The notes below the pieces were generated by a model. The model was not told the origin of the DNA and did no database searches. It saw nothing but the letters and a program-made list of their open reading frames with translations. 64,000 bases of DNA from an uncultured Gemmatimonadales bacterium (GTDB lineage Bacteria; Gemmatimonadota; Gemmatimonadetes; Longimicrobiales; RSA9), in assembly GCA_963783305.1 (NCBI GenBank), contig CAWAMW010000002.1, positions 544,001-608,000 on the forward strand, written 5' to 3'. Shown here piece by piece: positions 16,914-25,659 of this stretch. A program made the translations under genes and the position numbers. Each line of letters starts with the position of its first letter. Position 1 is the first letter of the stretch.

Positions 16914-19607
16914 TCAGTCGTCCCCACCCAGCTTCTTCCGCAGCAGCTCTTTCGCCAGCTCCGGGTTCGCCTTCCCCCCCGATGCGCGCATGACCTGACC
17001 CATGAAGAAGCCCAGCAGCGCCGGGCGACCCGAACGGTACTCCTCCACCTTCGAGGGATGCGCCGCCAGGACCTGCTCGACGACCGGCTCCAGCGCCGCC
17101 GCGTCGCTGATCTGCCGCAGCCCCTTCCGGTCCACCACCGCGCTCGGCGCTGCACCCGTCTCCACCATCTCCACCAGCACTTCGCGGGCCGTGCTGCTCG
17201 ACAGCGTCCCGTCCTCCAGCAACCCCACCATCTCGCCGAATTCGCTCCCGCCGAACGGCAGGTTGGCCAGCGTGCGGTCGCCGATCTCCCGCGGCAGCTC
17301 GTTCACCACCCAGTTCGCCACTCTCTGCGGCGATCCGCCCCCCTCCAGCGCCGCATCGAAGAAGTCCGCCAGTGCGGCCTCCCGCGTGATCAGCTCCGCA
17401 TCCTCCGCGTCCACACCCAGCTCCCTTTCCATCCGACGACGGCGCGCCTCGAGCTCCCGCGACCGCTCCGGCGCCGCGGCCTCCCGCAGACGACGGTGCT
17501 CTTCCACGGACAGCTCGGGGCCGCCCTTCCCGGAGCCACTCCTCCGGGCGTCTTCCCCCCCGGAGCCGCCGAAACCCCCGCCGACACCGCCACCGCCAGC
17601 GCCGCCGCCACCGCCGCCACCGCCGCCACCGCCGCCACCGCCACCACCGGCGACCACCGCCACGTCGCCCCCCCGCGCGCGCCGCGCCCAGGTATCCCGC
17701 AGCGTTACCGTACGGTTGAACACCAGCCGCTCAGCGGTGGAGTCCTCCGGGTCGCTCATGAAGTAGCCGAGCCGCTCGAACTGGTAGCGGCTGCCGGGAG
17801 GATCGGCCTCGACCGACGGCTCGATCCGGGCGTTCTCAACCACCACCAGCGAGTCCGGGTTCAGGAAATTGGTGAACTCCCGCCCGCTCTCGGCGGCCTC
17901 CGCGTCCGGGTCGGGCACCAGGAAGAGGCGGTCGTAGAGTCGGACCTCGCACGAGAGCGACCGCTCGGCGTCGACCCAGTGGATCGCGCCCGCTGGCTCC
18001 CACCCCTCCGGCGCCGCGCCCGCCGCGCTCTCAGGGGAGTAGCTGCAGCGGAGCTCGCGGATCGCTCCGGCGTCATCGCGTACCACGTCGTCGCAGCGGA
18101 TCACGTAGCCGTGGCGCAGCCGCACAGCGCGTCCGGGCGCCAGCCGCCTCCAGTCCGCGGGCGGGTCCTCGCGGAAGTCCTCGTCCTCGATGAAGATCTC
18201 ACCCGAGAACGGCAGCGGCCGCGTCCCCTCGCGCGGCACGTCACGAGGCCATGAATCCGCCTCGATCTCCTCGCTCTCACCCTCCGGGTAGTTCGTGATC
18301 ACCACCCGAACCGGGTGAAGCACGCAGAGGACCCGCGGCGCGCGGTGGTTCAGGTCGTCGCGGATGGCATATTCAAGCTTGCCCACGTCCACGCGGCTGT
18401 CCGCCTTCGTGATCCCCAGCATATCCCAGAACGCGCGCACCGCCTCGGGCGTGAAGCCGCGCCGCCGAAGCCCGGCGACGGTCGGCATCCGCGGGTCGTC
18501 CCACCCGCTCACCCGGCCCTCCCGCACCAGCGTGAGCAGCTTCCGCTTGCTCATCACCGTGAAATCCAGGTTCCCGCGCGCGAACTCGTACTGCCGGGGT
18601 CGCGTCGCCAGCCCGCTGTTCTCCACCACCCAGTCGTAGAGCGGCCGGTTGATCTCGAACTCCAGTGTGCACAGCGAGTGGGTGATGTCCTCGAGCGCGT
18701 CCTCGATCGGGTGCGCGTAGTCGTAGAGTGGATAGATGCACCACTCGTCGCCCGTCCGGTAGTGGCTCGCATGACGGATCCGGTAAAGCACCGGGTCCCG
18801 CAGCAACATGTTCGGCGACGCCATGTCGATCCGGGCCCGCAGCACGTGCGCCCCGTTCGGAAACTCCCCCGCCCGCATCCGCCGCAGCAGGTCCAGGCTC
18901 TCCTCCGCCGGGCGGTCACGATACGGGCTCGCCGTCCCCGGCGCCGTTACCGTCCCGCGACCCTCCCGTATCGACTCCTCGTCCTGGCTGTCGACGTACG
19001 CCTTTCCCTCCCGCACCAGGTGCTCCGCGATCTCGTACATCCGCGGGAAATAGTCCGAGGCGAAATAGAGGTGCTCTCCCCAGTCGAACCCGAGCCACTC
19101 CACGTCCCGCTTGATGGCCTCGACATAGGCCATGTCCTCCGTTTCCGGATTCGTGTCGTCGAACCGCAGGTGACAGCGGCCACCCGGCACCTCGCCCGCA
19201 ATCCCGAAATTCAGGTTGATCGACTTCGCGTGGCCGATGTGCAGGAACCCGTTCGGCTCGGGCGGGAACCGCGTGACGACTCGCCCGCCATGCCGACCCT
19301 CCCCGAGGTCCCTGGCCACGATGGTCCGGATGAAATCCCGCCCCTCCAGGGCCGCCGCCGCGCTCGTGGGCGCACCTGCGCCACCGGCCACGTAACCGAC
19401 CGCGCCAGGATCCGCACCGCCAGCCGCACCGCCAGCCGCACCGGCATCCGCACCGGCATCCGCACCGGTATCCGCACCGGCATCCGCACCGGCATCCGCA
19501 CCGGCAGCCGCACCGGCAGCCGCACCGCCGGCCGCACCGCCAGCCGCACCGCCGCCTGCACCGCCAGCCGCTTCCGACCCGCCTCGTCCGGTCCCGCTCG
19601 CCTTCAT
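16914..19607 (-). CDS. glnS: Glutamine--tRNA ligase fused to C-terminal GatB/YqeY domain
   Basis: TRFPPEPNGFLHIGH, MSKRKL, QFERLGYF; C-terminal FFMGQVMRASGGKANP; ATG 19607 preceded by AGGAG. Confidence 0.95.
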   Translation of the reverse strand: MKASGTGRGGSEAAGGAGGGAAGGAAGGAAAGAAAGADAGADAGADTGADAGADAGAAGGAAGGADPGAVGYVAGGAGAPTSAAAALEGRDFIRTIVARDLGEGRHGGRVVTRFPPEPNGFLHIGHAKSINLNFGIAGEVPGGRCHLRFDDTNPETEDMAYVEAIKRDVEWLGFDWGEHLYFASDYFPRMYEIAEHLVREGKAYVDSQDEESIREGRGTVTAPGTASPYRDRPAEESLDLLRRMRAGEFPNGAHVLRARIDMASPNMLLRDPVLYRIRHASHYRTGDEWCIYPLYDYAHPIEDALEDITHSLCTLEFEINRPLYDWVVENSGLATRPRQYEFARGNLDFTVMSKRKLLTLVREGRVSGWDDPRMPTVAGLRRRGFTPEAVRAFWDMLGITKADSRVDVGKLEYAIRDDLNHRAPRVLCVLHPVRVVITNYPEGESEEIEADSWPRDVPREGTRPLPFSGEIFIEDEDFREDPPADWRRLAPGRAVRLRHGYVIRCDDVVRDDAGAIRELRCSYSPESAAGAAPEGWEPAGAIHWVDAERSLSCEVRLYDRLFLVPDPDAEAAESGREFTNFLNPDSLVVVENARIEPSVEADPPGSRYQFERLGYFMSDPEDSTAERLVFNRTVTLRDTWARRARGGDVAVVAGGGGGGGGGGGGGGGGAGGGGVGGGFGGSGGEDARRSGSGKGGPELSVEEHRRLREAAAPERSRELEARRRRMERELGVDAEDAELITREAALADFFDAALEGGGSPQRVANWVVNELPREIGDRTLANLPFGGSEFGEMVGLLEDGTLSSSTAREVLVEMVETGAAPSAVVDRKGLRQISDAAALEPVVEQVLAAHPSKVEEYRSGRPALLGFFMGQVMRASGGKANPELAKELLRKKLGGDD
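17581..17649. repeat. Trinucleotide-type repeat encoding a poly-Gly linker in GlnRS
   Basis: Run of CCG/CCA triplets on the plus strand giving [23 protein letters not shown] between GlnRS and YqeY domains. Confidence 0.85.
19412..19567. repeat. 13 x 12-bp tandem repeat in the glnS 5' end
   Basis: Unit CCGCACCG(C/G)CA(G/T) with variants; encodes AGGA/AGAD-type tetrapeptides. Confidence 0.9.
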
Positions 19608-19719
19608 CCGGTCTCCTCGTTTCACGCTCCAGGCCGCTCCCACTCACCGCCGCTCTGGCGGGCGCTCGGGCTCATGAAGGTAATGTGCCACTCTGCGGGT
19701 GGGGAGGTCGGCGCCGGGC

Positions 19720-20685
19720 TCACGCCGGCTCCGCACGGCTGGCCAGCGCGCGATGATCGAGCGCCCGGGCCAGACGCACCAGCGTCGCCCGCTCCTCCTC
19801 TACGAGCTGCCGCCACGTCACACGGATGACCTGTACCCCCGCCGCCGCCAGGTCCATGTCCCGGCGGCGGTCGGCCTCGAAGCGGACGCGCCCCCTGTGG
19901 AACCGGAAGCCGTCCACCTCCCCGACGACCCGAAGCCCGGGCCAGAAGAAGTCCACTTCATACCCGGCGACCCTCACGTTCACCTCAGGCACCGGCAGAC
20001 GAGCCTCCCGGACCATCTCCAGAAACCGCCCCTCCGCCTCGGATCGGGTGAGCGCCGGCCCACCCTCCCGCTCCAGCACCGTCCGCAGAGCTCGGCTGCC
20101 GGGACGGCCGGCGTGCCTCGCCAAAGTGGCCGAGAGGCGAGTCTCCGTGACGATGCCCGACCGCAGAGCCCTCGCGACCGCCCTCTCCAGCACCCTCAGT
20201 TCCTCGCTGGCAGCCAGGTCCATCAGCGTTCGAGCCGGCGCCGTGACGGGAATGCCGGACACCCGCGCGATCTGCGCCTCGGGCATCGAATCGACCCGGT
20301 GCGGCCAGATGCCCGGCCTGCGGCCGCGGTTACCACCCACCACCGTCACGTGGACCAAACACCGACCCTTCGCCCGGGCCAGCATCTCCCACAGGCCGGC
20401 GCCCGTCCGGTGGCTGAGGCACGACCCCGGACCGCACGCCAGCAGCGCCGCTCGCTCCCGCACCCACGGCGGGACGACCACACCCACCAGATAGACGCCA
20501 CGCTGCAGCGGCCGGAGACGCGCCGCCTTCAGTCGGCGGTCAATCGACGACGCGCTGAGACCCACCTCCTCCATCAGCTGAGCGCGCGTGACCAGCCCGT
20601 GCTGCCGCTTCGCCAGCCGGGCGATCCGCTCGGCCTCGGGCACGGCCCCATCAGCAGTCCCTCTCCCACGATGTGAATCCGCCAT
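19720..20685 (-). CDS. AbiEi-like N-terminal domain + DUF559 (Vsr-like) endonuclease domain protein
   Basis: RQHGLVTRAQL, LSHRTGA, VTAPARTLMDL, TRSEAE, EVDFFW, EVDGFRFH, IRVTW. Confidence 0.85.
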   Translation of the reverse strand: MADSHRGRGTADGAVPEAERIARLAKRQHGLVTRAQLMEEVGLSASSIDRRLKAARLRPLQRGVYLVGVVVPPWVRERAALLACGPGSCLSHRTGAGLWEMLARAKGRCLVHVTVVGGNRGRRPGIWPHRVDSMPEAQIARVSGIPVTAPARTLMDLAASEELRVLERAVARALRSGIVTETRLSATLARHAGRPGSRALRTVLEREGGPALTRSEAEGRFLEMVREARLPVPEVNVRVAGYEVDFFWPGLRVVGEVDGFRFHRGRVRFEADRRRDMDLAAAGVQVIRVTWRQLVEEERATLVRLARALDHRALASRAEPA

Positions 20686-20833
20686 CCGTCACCGTCCCAA
20701 TCTCCGGTTCCCGATTACCCTCGCCGATCGGGGGTTAATCCCATCCCGCGGCCCCCCTCCACCGCCAGTGCGCATTCTCCCCCGTATAGCGAGGGCAATC
20801 CGCCAGCGGACAGAGCCAGCCGCCCCCGTTCAT

Positions 20834-20950
20834 CAGCCGAACCCACCAGCCGAACCCACCAGCCGAAGGCACCAGCCGAACCCACCAGCCGAACCCACCA
20901 GCCGAAGGCACCAGCCGAACCCACCAGCCGAGCGCCCCAGCCGAGCGCCC
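20834..20950. repeat. 9 x 13-bp intergenic tandem repeat
   Basis: CAGCCGAACCCAC with variants CAGCCGAAGGCAC and CAGCCGAGCGCCC; order A-A-B-A-A-B-A-C-C. Confidence 0.9.
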
Positions 20951-21163
20951 CATCAGGCAAAGTCCAGCAGCCAAAACCACCAGCCGGGAACCCGCCGCCG
21001 AAGTCCACCCATCCGGATGCCCGCCGCCGACCCTCCGGGTCCCGCCTCCGCGCGTCCACCAGCCATATCGCGGCGCGGGGAGGGCATGTCCATGGCAGGA
21101 TCGGCCGCCGCACCTCCCGCCAACCCGACGCCGAGACCCACCCGCACACCGTCTGGAACTCGG

Positions 21164-21390
21164 CGCGCCACCTCCCAACCGCACCACCTCCCAACCGCAC
21201 CACCCGACCGCGCCACCTCACGACCGCGCCACCCGACCACGCCGCAGCCCGATCGCGCCACCTCACGACCGCCGCACATCCCGACCGCGCCACCCCCCGA
21301 CCACGCCCCCCCCAACCGCGCCACCTCCCGACCCGCGCCACCTCCCGACCCGCACCACCTCCCTACGCCGCACCCGCACCCCCGACACCT
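21164..21390. repeat. Degenerate C-rich tandem repeat of about 13-17 bp
   Basis: Recurring CGCGCCACCTCCC(G/A)AC core with indels; strongly C-skewed. Confidence 0.7.
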
Positions 21391-21438
21391 CAGCGCCCGG
21401 CGGATTGCCAGCCCCGGAGTCACTCGCCACCTTCGGGC

Positions 21439-22866
21439 ATGCCGAACCGCCCTGTTACCTCGACCCGAACATCCCTCCGCCGGGCGCTCATCGTCGCCGC
21501 GGTGTGCGCGACCGCCCCGGCTATCGGCACCCTGGCCACCGCCGCCCTGGCCACCACCGCCCTGGCCACCGCCGCCCCGGCCACCGCCACCCTGGCCACC
21601 GCCGCCCCGGCGACCGCTCTCGAGGCGCTCCCGGCGGCGGGCACCCAGCGCGCGTCGACCACCGCCACCCCCCGGGACTCCCTCCGCGTCTACCACCTGA
21701 CGTTCGGTCCTGGGGCGGCGGTATGGGAGCGGTTCGGCCACAACGCCCTGTGGATCCACGATCCGGTGGCGCGCTCGGATGTCGCGTACCATTACGGGCT
21801 GTTCGACATGAGCGAGGACGGCTTCCTTCTCCATTTCCTGCAGGGGCGAATGTGGTACTCGATGGGCACGGCGCCCGCCGGGTGGACGATCGAGGCGTAT
21901 CGCCGGGTCGGCAGGGATGTGACGGTCCAGGAGCTTCGGCTCTCTCCCGACCAGGTGCGGCGGCTCCAGGACTTCCTCGAGTGGAATATGCGCCCGGAGA
22001 ACCGGGTGTATCGCTACGACTATTTCCGCGACAACTGCTCCACCCGGATCCGGGATGCGCTGGACCGTGTTATGGACGGCGCGCTCCAGGAGGAGCTTTC
22101 GCGCCGCCCCTCACCGGTTACCTACCGCGGTCAGGCGGTGGCACTCACGGCCGAGGACGAGCTGCTGACCACCGGCATGGACTTCGGCCTGGGACCGCTC
22201 GCTGATCAGCCCATCACCCGCTGGGAGCTGGCCTTCATCCCCATGCGACTGAGCGACGACCTCCGCGATATGACGATCGAGCGCGAGGGCCGCACCGTGC
22301 CCCTCGTCGTCTCCGAGCGGCACCTCCCCGCAATCCGGGTGGGTGAGCCGGACCTCGCCGTCCCGCCGTCGGAGACCTCACCGCCGACGCGCGCGCCGGG
22401 GCTCCTGCTCCTCGGAGTCCTGATCGGCGGGATCATGGTGGGAGCCGGGGAGCTGACGCGGCGCGAGCGGACCTCGGGGCGCACCCGGTCCGCCGCGCGC
22501 TGGATCCTCGCGGCGAGCGGGACGCTGTGGGCGCTGCTGACCGGCGTGCTGGGGACGGTGCTGCTCGCGCTCTGGACGCTCACCGACCATGAGTTCGCCT
22601 GGCGCAACGAGAACCTGTTCCAGGCGAATCCGCTGGCGCTCGCCCTCGTCGTGCTCATCCCGCTGGCGGTCATCGGGGGGCGTCGGCGCGACGGGGCTCG
22701 GGTCGTGGCGCTGGTCCTCGCCTCGCTCTCGATGCTGGGGCTGCTCGTCCACCCGCTCCCGCTCACCCCGCAGAGCAACCTGCCGGTCATCGCGCTGGCG
22801 CTCCCGATCCACCTCGGGCTCGCGTGGGCGCTCCGGGCGGCGAGCCGCGACGAGCCGACCGCGTAG
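21439..22866 (+). CDS. DUF4105 (Lnb-like N-terminal domain) membrane protein
   Basis: FGHNALWI, YHYGLFD, YRYDYFRDNCSTRIRD; 4-5 C-terminal TM helices. Confidence 0.85.
   Translation: MPNRPVTSTRTSLRRALIVAAVCATAPAIGTLATAALATTALATAAPATATLATAAPATALEALPAAGTQRASTTATPRDSLRVYHLTFGPGAAVWERFGHNALWIHDPVARSDVAYHYGLFDMSEDGFLLHFLQGRMWYSMGTAPAGWTIEAYRRVGRDVTVQELRLSPDQVRRLQDFLEWNMRPENRVYRYDYFRDNCSTRIRDALDRVMDGALQEELSRRPSPVTYRGQAVALTAEDELLTTGMDFGLGPLADQPITRWELAFIPMRLSDDLRDMTIEREGRTVPLVVSERHLPAIRVGEPDLAVPPSETSPPTRAPGLLLLGVLIGGIMVGAGELTRRERTSGRTRSAARWILAASGTLWALLTGVLGTVLLALWTLTDHEFAWRNENLFQANPLALALVVLIPLAVIGGRRRDGARVVALVLASLSMLGLLVHPLPLTPQSNLPVIALALPIHLGLAWALRAASRDEPTA
21531..21615. repeat. 15-bp in-frame tandem repeat in the DUF4105 gene leader
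   Basis: CC(T/C)GGCCACC(G/A)CC(G/A)C units encoding LATAA/PATAT. Confidence 0.75.
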
Positions 22867-22911
22867 ACCGGCCGACCGCGGGACGCGCGGGCACAACGGG
22901 GGTCGCGCCGC

Positions 22912-24207
22912 CTAGAGCGGCTCCTGCGCCCGAACCACCCGGACCTCCTGCACGCCCCGTCCTCGCACGGCCGTGACCTCCAGCTCCACCCCTTCGTGCT
23001 CCACCCGGTCGCCCACGACGGCCGGGCGGCCGAGCGTGGCCAGGATCAGCCCGCTGATGGTGTCCACTTCCTCGTGCTCCAGGACCAGGCCGAGCGCCTC
23101 ACCGAGCTCATCGAGACGCGCCGTCCCCGCCACCCTCAGGGTCCCGGTAGCATCACGGCGCACCGGGATCTGCTCCGCAGCGTCGCCGATCTCGCCCACC
23201 ACTTCCTCGAACAGGTCCTCGAGCGTGATGATGCCATCGGTGCCGCCGTGCTCGTCCATGACCACCGCCATGTGGGCCTTGGTCCGGCGCATTACCGCCA
23301 GCACCCGGTCGAGAGGATCGGTGGCGGGGATGAAAGGCACCTCACGGAGCATCTCCCGGTCCAGCGTGCCGCGCCTGGGCAACGCGTCCAGCAGGTCCTT
23401 CACGTGCACCACACCCAGGATCCGGTCGGGATCGCCGTCGTGCACGGGGTAGCGCGTGTGCCGATCGTCCACCACGAGGGAGTGGACCCTCTCGAGATCG
23501 GCGCCCAGCGGCAGCGCGGTCATGCCCGTGCGGGGCACCATCACCTCTCCCGCCGTGAGCTCGCCGAACTCCAGGAGCTCCTGGACCACACGCGCAGGCT
23601 CGTGCGCCAGCAGCCCCCCCGCGCGACTCTCCGCGACGATGAAGCCGATCTCGTCACTCGTGCGCGTCGCTTCCTCGCCGCCCACCGTCCGCTCGATCCC
23701 GAAAAGGGCCAGGAGCAGGTTGCCGATCCCGTTCAACGCCAGCACCAGCGGATAGAAGATCAGCTCGATCATCCGCATGGGCGCCGCCACGGCGACGGCC
23801 GTGTCCACCGGTGACTGCAGCGCTATGGCCTTGGGCACCATCTCCCCCAGCACCACGTGGAGGTAGGTCAGGAAAGTAATGGCGAGAGCGCTCGCCACCG
23901 CGTGCACGCTGATCCACCCTACGTCTCCCACGATCTCCAACTGGTGCGCCAGCCACTCCGCCAGCATGTGCTCCCCGTACATGCCGAGCGCCAGGCTGGC
24001 GGAAGTGATCCCCAGCTGGGCCGTAGCGATGTAGCGATCCTGCTCGCGCGCGTCCTGCACCACCCGGTTCACCAGCTTCGCGATACGATGACCCCCCGCG
24101 GCGCGGCGCTCCACCGCCATCCGCGGTGCGCCCACAATGGCGAACTCCGCCGCCACGAACAGCGCGTTCAGCAGGATCAGCCCCGCCACGATGAGGACCG
24201 GGGTCAT
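22912..24207 (-). CDS. CNNM/HlyC/CorC family transporter (DUF21-CBS-CorC)
   Basis: NALFVAAEFA, QLGIT, GEMVPK, VMVPR, DEHGGTDGIITLEDLFEE. Confidence 0.92.
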   Translation of the reverse strand: MTPVLIVAGLILLNALFVAAEFAIVGAPRMAVERRAAGGHRIAKLVNRVVQDAREQDRYIATAQLGITSASLALGMYGEHMLAEWLAHQLEIVGDVGWISVHAVASALAITFLTYLHVVLGEMVPKAIALQSPVDTAVAVAAPMRMIELIFYPLVLALNGIGNLLLALFGIERTVGGEEATRTSDEIGFIVAESRAGGLLAHEPARVVQELLEFGELTAGEVMVPRTGMTALPLGADLERVHSLVVDDRHTRYPVHDGDPDRILGVVHVKDLLDALPRRGTLDREMLREVPFIPATDPLDRVLAVMRRTKAHMAVVMDEHGGTDGIITLEDLFEEVVGEIGDAAEQIPVRRDATGTLRVAGTARLDELGEALGLVLEHEEVDTISGLILATLGRPAVVGDRVEHEGVELEVTAVRGRGVQEVRVVRAQEPL

Positions 24208-25547
24208 GGCTCTCTCCCGGGGGCCGTGTCCATCTCCGCGGGGCCGATGGGGCGCGCCAGGACCGACCGGACGGCGAACTGCTCCACGTCCTCCACCTCG
24301 ACCTCCACACCGTCCAGCAGCAGCGTCTCACCCGACTCCGGCACCCGCCCCAGGTGCTCGACCACGAGCCCGCCCACCGTATCGGACTCCCCTTCCCACA
24401 GCACACCCACCCAGCGCGGCGTGTGGTAGAGCGGAAGTCGTCCCGGCAGGCGGACGCGGCCGTCCGGAAGGCGGCGCGGCCGCTCGTCATCGCGTTTGAA
24501 CTCGTCGCCGACATCACCCAGCAGCTCCGTCAGGATGTCCTCCGTCGTGACGATGCCGGAGGTGCCGCCGAAGTCGTCCACCACCACCGCCATCACGCCG
24601 TGCTGGTCGCGCATCAGCGACAGGACCCGGTCGGCCGTGACCATCTCGTGCACCGCGAGGATCGGGCGCATCAGCGACGCAATCGATGGCGGGTCCTCGC
24701 CCGCGCCAGCCCCCGCCAGCCGCGCCACCATCAGGTCCTTGGCGTGGACGAAGCCCACCACGTCGTCCAGCGACTCGCCGTACACCAGGAACCGCGTGAA
24801 GGGCGAGGCCGACACCGCGCTGGCCGCCTCGTCGAACGCCAGGTCCCGCGACAGCGCCACCACCTCCGTGCGGGGGACCATGAGCTCCCGGGCCGTACGC
24901 TGCGTCAGTCCCAGCGCCCGGTTCAGTCGACGCTGCTCTTCCGGCTGCAGGTACCCGCCCTCCCGGCTCTCGGCGATGAGGAATCGGATCTCGTCCGGGG
25001 AATGCAGGTGCTGGTGCCCCACCGTGTTCACCCCCAGCAGCCGCAGCACCGCCCAGCCACTCCCGTTGAGGATCGCCACGAACCACGACAGCAGCCGCTT
25101 GGACCAGCGCATGGGGACCACGGTCAGGAGCGCGAGCCGGGTCGGATACTGGAGCGTGACCGACTTCGGCACGAGCTCCCCGAACACCATCTGCAGCGTG
25201 GTGAGACCCACGAGCACCACGGCCGCCGACGCCGACTGCGCCGCCACCGCCTGCATGTCGCCCCAGCGCTCGAACGCGGGCACCAGCGCGGTCCCGAGTG
25301 TCGCCTGGCCGTAGGCGCCGAGCACCAGGCTCGAGATGGTGATCCCCACCTGGCAGGCGGCGATGTAGGCGTCGAGCCGCTGACCGTCCTCGAGCGTCGG
25401 GAGGAGCTCCCGTGCCATCCGGTCCCCCTCCTCGGCCAGCTGGCGGATTCGGCTCCGGCGCACGCTCACGGCCGCGAACTCGGCGGCGACATACAGTCCG
25501 TTGAACGCGATCAGCATCGCGATGACGAACCAGGTGAAGAGCGTCAA
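24204..25547 (-). CDS. CNNM/HlyC/CorC family transporter, tandem paralog
   Basis: NGLYVAAEFA, QVGIT, GELVPK, LMVPR, DDFGGTSGIVTTEDIL; ATGA overlap with next gene. Confidence 0.92.
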   Translation of the reverse strand: MTLFTWFVIAMLIAFNGLYVAAEFAAVSVRRSRIRQLAEEGDRMARELLPTLEDGQRLDAYIAACQVGITISSLVLGAYGQATLGTALVPAFERWGDMQAVAAQSASAAVVLVGLTTLQMVFGELVPKSVTLQYPTRLALLTVVPMRWSKRLLSWFVAILNGSGWAVLRLLGVNTVGHQHLHSPDEIRFLIAESREGGYLQPEEQRRLNRALGLTQRTARELMVPRTEVVALSRDLAFDEAASAVSASPFTRFLVYGESLDDVVGFVHAKDLMVARLAGAGAGEDPPSIASLMRPILAVHEMVTADRVLSLMRDQHGVMAVVVDDFGGTSGIVTTEDILTELLGDVGDEFKRDDERPRRLPDGRVRLPGRLPLYHTPRWVGVLWEGESDTVGGLVVEHLGRVPESGETLLLDGVEVEVEDVEQFAVRSVLARPIGPAEMDTAPGREP

Positions 25548-25659
25548 GGCCTCTCGGGAACAGGTGTGGACAGTCCTGCGATGGTAGTCGGAGGAGCAGC
25601 GCGGAACAAGCGGTGCCGCCCGGCGAGCGGGTGAGCGCGGCGGCCACCGCGGCGAGAGA

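Noticed and set aside
18916..19647. Cys-rich ORF (CGCR repeats) resembling a metallothionein or RiPP precursor
   Set aside because: Alternative frame of the 12-bp glnS repeat, overlapping the conserved GlnRS frame
19720..20685. Complete AbiE toxin-antitoxin defence system
   Set aside because: No AbiEii nucleotidyltransferase partner adjacent
20834..21390. Possible CRISPR array
   Set aside because: Units are 13-17 bp and head-to-tail with no unique spacers; no cas genes in the window
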